Source: Oopsacas minuta
Taxonomy: Eukaryota > Animalia > Porifera
Length of the DNA: 14,673 nucleotides
Assembly (NCBI GenBank): GCA_024704765.1
Contig: JAKMXF010000138.1
Location: 7,410-22,082 of the forward strand
Direction of reading: 5' to 3'
The notes beneath the pieces are model-generated. The model was not told where the DNA came from. It saw only the letters and a list, made by a program, of their open reading frames with translations, and searched no databases. The translations under genes and the position numbers were made by a program. How positions within the stretch are numbered: position 1 is the first letter of the stretch; each line of letters begins with the position of its first letter. Positions 9,649-14,673 of this stretch are shown one piece after another.

Positions 9649-10994
9649 CAGGGCGTATCAAAAGTGCTGTCGTATTATATATTTGACTATAACATATTCA
9701 ATACGCAATATGTACTTATACTCTATTTACCAATATAATCTCCTGACCGATTTATAACTTCGCTAATGCGATCAGGCATACCATTTTTCAAATTTTGAAG
9801 AATCACAGGATCAATCCCTGAGCACACCTTTTTTAAATGAATTATGAGGGAATTTAGAGTGCTAACTTCGGGGGAGTTTACTGAGCTTGTTTGCAAGGAT
9901 AGACCATAAATTTTCGATCGGATTCAAATCCGGGGAGTTGCCTGGCCAGTCAACCTTCACCCAGTAGTTTGGCAGGTGTTCTGAACACCAAGTCTGAGTG
10001 AACTTGGCGGTGTGGGCTGGAGCGCCATCTTGCATAAAAATCGACTGGGACATCTTTTCAGTCATAGACCGTTCCAAAATAGTGCCAGAATTTGCTGTTC
10101 TCCTCATTGCATCCATGCAAGTTCCTTTCAATATTTTTTCTCGATAATATTCTCCATTAACATTTTGTTTCTGAGGGATTATATGGAGTTCTGAGAGTGC
10201 CTGATGAGACATCATCCCCCAAACTTGGAGTTTCGCAGGGAATTTAACACATTTGAATGGCTGAACATCGGCTGAACTATATGACCACATTCGGTCGTTC
10301 TGCCTGTTTGGTGGTGCAAATAGTTGAAAGGGTGATTCATCGGACCATAAAACATTCTCCCAATCTGTTACAGTCCAATTCTTGTGTTTGAGGGCGAAGT
10401 CGAGTCGATTTTGCATCATTTTATTGGTGAGACGAGGGATTCGCTGCCTTTTGTAAGGATAAACATTGATGGAATTCCTCAAATAGCGATGTACTGTTGA
10501 ATGTGAAGCGGAAAAACCAGAATTGACCAATGTACGTGCTATAGATCGTGTAGATTTTCCTCTCTTGCACAAAGACTTTGATATGATGATTTAGGAACGT
10601 GAGAAAGGATCTTTGGGCGTCCGCTCCTGGGTTAAGTACCCAAGGATTGTCCAAGTTTTTCCCGACGGGACCATCTTTGGACTGATCTAATAGAAATATC
10701 TAGGGCTTCTGACACTTTTTTAAGAGTCAAACCAGCCTTTAGCATCCCAATGGCTTCATTTCGAAGTTCAATACCATGGTCGTTGACATCCATTATGTGA
10801 AAAGTGCACAAAAATGTAAAAACTTGGAAAAATATCAAAAAGTGAGAATATATAATCTAATTTTTGCAGATAAATATACAAAACAAATTCAACTATCGGA
10901 ATAATAACAAAATAATAAGAGTAAGGAATGGGTCGCGAATATTATGAACTTCGGATAATTGTTAGTTATACGACAGCACTTTTGATACACCCTG
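9649..10994 (-). mobile_element. IS630-Tc1-mariner DNA transposon, DD37E type, full length (1346 bp)
   Basis: 27-bp TIRs: CAGGGCGTATCAAAAGTGCTGTCGTAT (9649-9675) versus the reverse complement of 10968-10994, CAGGGTGTATCAAAAGTGCTGTCGTAT (1 mismatch). TA on both flanks (9647-9648 and 10995-10996). Contains a transposase gene. Confidence 0.96.
9723..10793 (-). pseudogene. Tc1-like transposase (D103D37E), ~356 aa when repaired; one nonsense codon and two frameshifts
   Basis: MDVNDHGIELRNEAIGMLKAG...SIRSVQRW (HTH), then TAA at 10632-10634, then PRSGRPK (GRPR-like motif). A 1-bp deletion in the T run at 10590-10592 leads into ORF 9862-10572, which contains WSDES (D 10339-10341), QDGAPAH (D 10027-10029) and WPGNSPDLNPIEN (E 9913-9915). 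A 1-bp insertion in the G run at 9870-9874 precedes ...GMPDRISEVINRSGDYIGK* (TAG at 9723-9725). Confidence 0.93.
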
Positions 10995-11026
10995 TACGAT
11001 CTAAATATATGAAACGCTCATCGCGT

Positions 11027-11059
11027 AAGATCAAGATCAAGATCAAGATCAAGATCAAG
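11027..11059. repeat. (AAGATC)5 hexanucleotide microsatellite inside the P-transposase relic
   Basis: AAGATC occurs five times followed by AAG, read directly from the sequence. Confidence 0.95.
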
Positions 11060-12713
11060 GGTATTGACTATTGAGATAGATAATATCATTTAAACGGATG
11101 AATTTGAAGGGTGTACTAAAATTTGAGATTTTCCATTGAGTAAGAAGGATTCTAACAAAGTAGAGGTATTATTTCGATATTCTTCAATACGTTTTTGATT
11201 TTGTTCCTCAAGAACGGATAGTGTTAGATCATTAAAAACCTTAAAAACCAATCTGACATTCTGTCTTTCTATACTAGAAGGAAAACAAGCTTCAACTATT
11301 AATTGAGAAGCTAGCTTCGCTAAACTTCCTATTTCAGAGCTGTATATAGAAGACGCACATCTTGAAAAGATGCAGAAGGGAGATAAGGGGGTATTGGCAT
11401 TTATCTATCTCAAAATCTTGGGGAAATACATTGTCTTTCCAAAATTCTTGTGATTCAACCAAGTATTATATATACTATTTAAAATACGAACAAAATCAAA
11501 TGTGAGGAAGAAAATCTAGTAGGATTAAATGGGTGGAGGCACCCTAGTTTCCAATTTGTTGAAATTACCTGTACACGTAAACTATAATTCTCAATATGAT
11601 TGATATACTCTTTGATGAAGGGAAATATCTCTTCAGCGGTAATAGAACCACATAGTAATAAACGTGAAATACAGAATCTTGTTTTATGTAAGCTAGATAC
11701 CGTTATCTCGAACACAGTTCTAGTTGGGTCCTCTGGGTCTAAATTAGGAGCAAAGATTTTCTCCCTTTATAAGTACTATCAGATTTAACGTGTATTTAAT
11801 CCATTTTAACTATAACATCTCCAGTAAACTGAAGCAAGAAGTAGCTTGGGTGAATAGGAGAGAAATCGTTTAATTCCAAAAGAAGAATAAAATTATTCAA
11901 TGTCTGAACATGGAGTAGAGAAAGAAGCTACAAACCCTGGAGATATAAATAACATGCTGGAGAAATGAGATGAGTTTTAATCGACTTGACTTGATTAATA
12001 TTGTACCTTTGCCTGTTCTTTGTAATAAATATATAATTGACAGAGGATAAATTGGAGCTTGGCTGAGGAAGAATTAATTTTCTATCCTCTATGATAGCCA
12101 AATCAATAACCTTCTCTATATATTCTTCGCACGAGGAATATGAAATGAATGTGATTTAGCATAAGGTTTGTCAGATACAGATCTTGAGGAAATTTGATGT
12201 AATAATTCAATTTGTCGAATATCATTAATTGAATTAAGCGAAGTAGGTATACTTGTCCATGGAACCAGGCTGATACAGATAAAAATGAATTTATTTCTAG
12301 ATATATATCCAGCAAAATAGTTTTTTCAACAAGACGAGGAAGAATAAACCTTGTACTAGAATTGTCAATATGCTATACTAACTAATTGTCTGGTAACACA
12401 ATATATTTAACTTAACTTTCAGATCCTGTAAATTTCTAAAGAATAATTTGTTTTTGGCCTCACTCAGATTTTAGACTAAGCTGAATCGTTTGATTCAAAA
12501 TTTCTTCCTCTTTTGATTCATAAGATAACGGGTAAGTTTGCTATCGATGTTGATAAACGATAAGAGGAACAACCAGGAACTAAACAGGGAACTGCCCCTT
12601 CTTTTAGCTTTAGTTTATCGCGAGGAACACTAGTGCAACTACCGTCTCCATTGGGAACTTTATGAAATACTTAACTTATTCTTCACGGAAATGCTTGATA
12701 CATACATCAACAA

Positions 12714-13083
12714 CAGTGCTTGCAAGCGCTGGCTCAAGGCAGCGCATTTTCGCTGCGTTGGAGCGAAGTGCAGTGCAGCGCAATTAGGACCCCCAGCGCA
12801 GCGCAGTGAAGCGGTATCTCTTTTTCCAGCGCAGCACAAATTAATTTTAGTCAGTGATATGTTAAGCAACCTTAAAATATCACTCTGTGAAAAACGCTTG
12901 TTAGTGCTTAGGTTCTTTCATATTTTTTCAGTAACTCTATTTAAATTGACAGACTATGCACGATTTGTGAATTCTCTTGAAATACCTATCAGTGTTGAAC
13001 TACCTTCGCAGCGGGCATTACATTTAGATCCATTGCAGCGCAGCGAAGCGGTAAGTAAAGTATACCAGCGCTTGCAAACACTG
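12714..13083. mobile_element. Non-autonomous TIR element (370 bp) with GCAGC-rich subterminal repeats; superfamily uncertain
   Basis: 19-bp TIRs CAGTGCTTGCAAGCGCTGG (12714-12732) and CCAGCGCTTGCAAACACTG (13065-13083), 18/19 match. The internal motif CAGCGCAG(T/C)GAAGCGGTA occurs near both ends (~12799 and ~13037). It interrupts the THAP coding sequence. The flanks ATCAACAA and CCTTGAGA are not duplicated. Confidence 0.85.
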
Positions 13084-13093
13084 CCTTGAGATG

Positions 13094-13208
13094 CAGGGCT
13101 TTATCAACCAAGGGTGGGTGACTTTTGGGAAATATTTATGAGGGTGCGGGTAATTGAATATATAGACGCCCAGGATGCGCGGGTTGCCTAACTCTAGATG
13201 AAGCCCTG
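13094..13208. mobile_element. hAT-type MITE (115 bp) inserted in the THAP domain
   Basis: TIRs CAGGGCTTTATC (13094-13105) and GATGAAGCCCTG (13197-13208), 11/12 match. 8-bp target duplication TTGAGATG (13086-13093) and TTGAGACG (13209-13216), 7/8 match with a CpG-type change. An 8-bp TSD with CAG termini is typical of hAT. Confidence 0.88.
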
Positions 13209-13451
13209 TTGAGACGATCAATATCTTTACGGTGAAGAGCGCGTTTCCAAGGATGTTTAAGTTCTAGTGGATTCTCTGGCATTCTGAATATAAGCGCTCT
13301 GTCATCTGGGTAATAATTACTTGGCAACCCGGGGCAGAACAGGCACTGGGCATCAAAGAGATACAATTTACAAGCTAATAGTAAACAGAAGCGTAAATGG
13401 ATATAAAATGACAATAGGTATGTGATGGACTATCATTACTAATAACTAGAG

Positions 13452-13502
13452 CAGTGCTTCTCAAAGTAAAAGAAATTGTGAAATATCAAATATGAAGCAC
13501 TG
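13452..13502. mobile_element. Internally deleted hAT-like remnant (51 bp)
   Basis: CAGTGCTTCTCA at 13452 and TATGAAGCACTG ending at 13502 are inverted (9-bp perfect, 10/12). CAGTGCTTCTCAAA resembles hAT TIRs. No clean TSD. Confidence 0.45.
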
Positions 13503-13559
13503 ATAATTGAATATTTCCCAAATTTGGAGAATCTCAAAAACTGACTTAGAAAACCCAAA

Positions 13560-13606
13560 CCAGACGCCGGACAAATTACTTGAAAATCGGACACCAGGTA
13601 ACCCTA
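13560..13606. mobile_element. Orphan right end of a TAGGGT(T/G)ACC-type hAT-like element
   Basis: CCGGACAAAT...AATCGGACACCAGGTAACCCTA has GGACA subterminal motifs followed by the terminus GGTAACCCTA (13597-13606). No partner end was found. Confidence 0.45.
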
Positions 13607-14071
13607 CCGCTGACCAGTGAGGGTTGGTGAAAACGTTGGTTGCGCCATCCAGACAGTGCAGGTATTCTTTCTAGACCCCAGGACATTTTCGGCATCCGAA
13701 GGAGCTAGGAGTTCGCCGAAATTTTCTCCTTGATTGTTTTTCCACCCTGTCAGATGACCGAAATCGATCCCAGTGGTCACTTTCCGATTTTTGAAGTGCG
13801 ACAGGGTTATATTCAGAGAATTTATCTCAGGAATGTTAATACATTCAAAACATTACATACCCCATTTTTCGTTTCCCTGAGTGATACCTACTTTTCTTCC
13901 CTGATATTTCTAGGCAAACTAAAACTAATTGCTACTTTCTATGTGTTGTTTGAGATATCAAAATACCCAAATACTTTTACTCTAGAAAGCTTTGTACAGC
14001 AATAATAATGATTAATAACGTCATGTGAATACAATGCATCGGATCATGAAAAGACAAATCATCATAGCATT

Positions 14072-14125
14072 AAAATCCTGGACACATATGAATTTTGGCG
14101 AAAATCCTGGACAATGGTCACCTTA
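14072..14125. mobile_element. Second orphan right end of the same type
   Basis: Direct repeat AAAATCCTGGACA (14072-14084 and 14101-14113), followed by TGGTCACCTTA (14115-14125). It abuts the hAT transposase fragment. Confidence 0.45.
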
Positions 14126-14129
14126 TACA

Positions 14130-14566
14130 AAATTTAACGCTTTTCCCGTTGCATCTGAACATCATCATCCGATTCACAGGTTTGGAAAAGTTTCGTTGAC
14201 AGACAAGGTCATTTCAAAAGCAGAAATGTAAATGCATTTCTCCAAAAAGTCACGCGAAAACCTTTGATGAATTGTGTAGTGATATACACTTCAAATATCA
14301 ATGCTATCTTGACGATTCTCCTGAAGATAGCACTGACGTTGCCAATAACATCTTGTGAGAGCGAGAGAAGTTTCAGTCAGTTAAACTCATCAAGACTGCA
14401 AGGAGAGCCACCATGACTGAGTCAAGGCTGAATTCATAGCCTTGATGAAGATCAACAGAGATCGTTGCAACAAGCTCTCATCTGTGGAACACATTAAAGA
14501 ACTAGTTAAAACTTTACTCAACTCCATCCTCGAAGAATGAAGCTTCCATTCATGCTAGAAGATTAA
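14130..14566 (+). pseudogene. 3' fragment of a hAT transposase (C-terminal dimerisation domain, ZMYM1/THAP12-like hAT group)
   Basis: Translation NINAILTILLKIALTLPITSCESERSFSQL/KLIKTARRATMTESRLNS/ALMKINRDRCNKL...VKT/TQLHPRRMKLPFMLED* (ERSFS at 14363-14377, TAA at 14564-14566). This matches the hAT dimerisation consensus LP.TS...ERSFS.L..IKT..RSTM..ERL..LAL. It has several frameshifts and is truncated on the 5' side by another TE end at ~14125. Confidence 0.88.
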
Positions 14567-14673
14567 CATTAACGGAAACTTGTTCAATAATTATTATCAT
14601 GTATTTCTTTTATACTAGCTGATAGCCTTACCTGAGAATAACATTGTGATTCACAACTACTCATGTCAATCCA

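Larger units (their letters stand above)
8704..13353 (-). pseudogene. P-element/THAP9-like transposase pseudogene (N-terminal THAP zinc finger plus RNase H-like catalytic core), interrupted by three nested TEs
   Basis: Manual minus-strand translation across frameshifts and stops. ATG at 13353 gives MPSACSAPGC/SNYYPDDRALIFRMPENPLELKHPWKRALHRKDIDRLK. After removing the insertions it continues VVDVCIKHF (12691-12713) and KLKEGAVPC (~12585-12610), which completes a C2CH THAP domain with its AVP box. Further blocks: RQRYN...HLISPACYLYLQG (~11930-12000), VKMD*IHVK (first catalytic D at 11799-11801), TRTVF..VSSLHK, FDFVRILNSIYNTWLN (D-x2-H motif with H>R, ~11455-11500), PSSIERQNV (~11255-11285), and QTDLLEHH (catalytic E at 9472-9474). 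A basic tail IEKRKK precedes the stop near 8704. Many stops and frameshifts. Confidence 0.9.

Noticed and set aside
9862-10572. 236-aa ORF as a functional transposase
   Set aside because: It lacks the N-terminal HTH and the C-terminal helix region because of frameshifts, and starts at a non-ATG codon.
12691-13089. 132-aa ORF on the plus strand
   Set aside because: It coincides with the 370-bp non-autonomous element. The GCAGC repeats explain the lack of stops and the A/Q/R-rich composition.
13180-13331. Inverted pair CGGGTTGCC / GGCAACCCG as hAT TIRs
   Set aside because: One copy is THAP coding sequence (P-G-C) and the other is inside the MITE. There is no TSD.
13136-13414. 92-aa ORF as an intact THAP gene
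   Set aside because: The real start (13353) is in another frame. The ORF includes only half of the zinc finger and then reads into the inserted MITE.
13730-14005. 91-aa ORF on the plus strand
   Set aside because: It has a non-ATG start, no recognisable domain, and is not in frame or homologous with the downstream hAT fragment.
14434-14457. Inverted repeat TCAAGGCT...AGCCTTGA
   Set aside because: It lies within hAT coding sequence (SRLNSLAL) and is explained by codons.
14610-14630. Possible Helitron 3' end (CTAGT on the minus strand)
   Set aside because: There is no upstream GC hairpin and no similarity to the two families in the window.

Overview
AT-rich eukaryotic DNA, probably from an invertebrate animal, that is almost entirely decayed DNA transposons. 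I cannot support an intact host gene, RNA gene or CRISPR array. The main structure is a minus-strand P-element/THAP9-type transposase pseudogene (~8704-13353) split by three younger insertions. These are a nearly intact 1346-bp IS630-Tc1-mariner element with a DD37E triad and TA duplication (9649-10994), a 115-bp hAT-type MITE with an 8-bp duplication (13094-13208), and a 370-bp TIR element with no visible duplication (12714-13083). Removing all three restores the host reading frame at each junction. The left third holds three copies of a non-autonomous Helitron-like family with a (GTTT)n microsatellite and ~141-bp internal repeats, one carrying an internal inversion. A second Helitron-like family copy lies at 7390-7787, and there are several fold-back elements. 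The right end carries the C-terminal dimerisation region of a hAT transposase and orphan hAT-like termini. All translations and alignments were done by eye.
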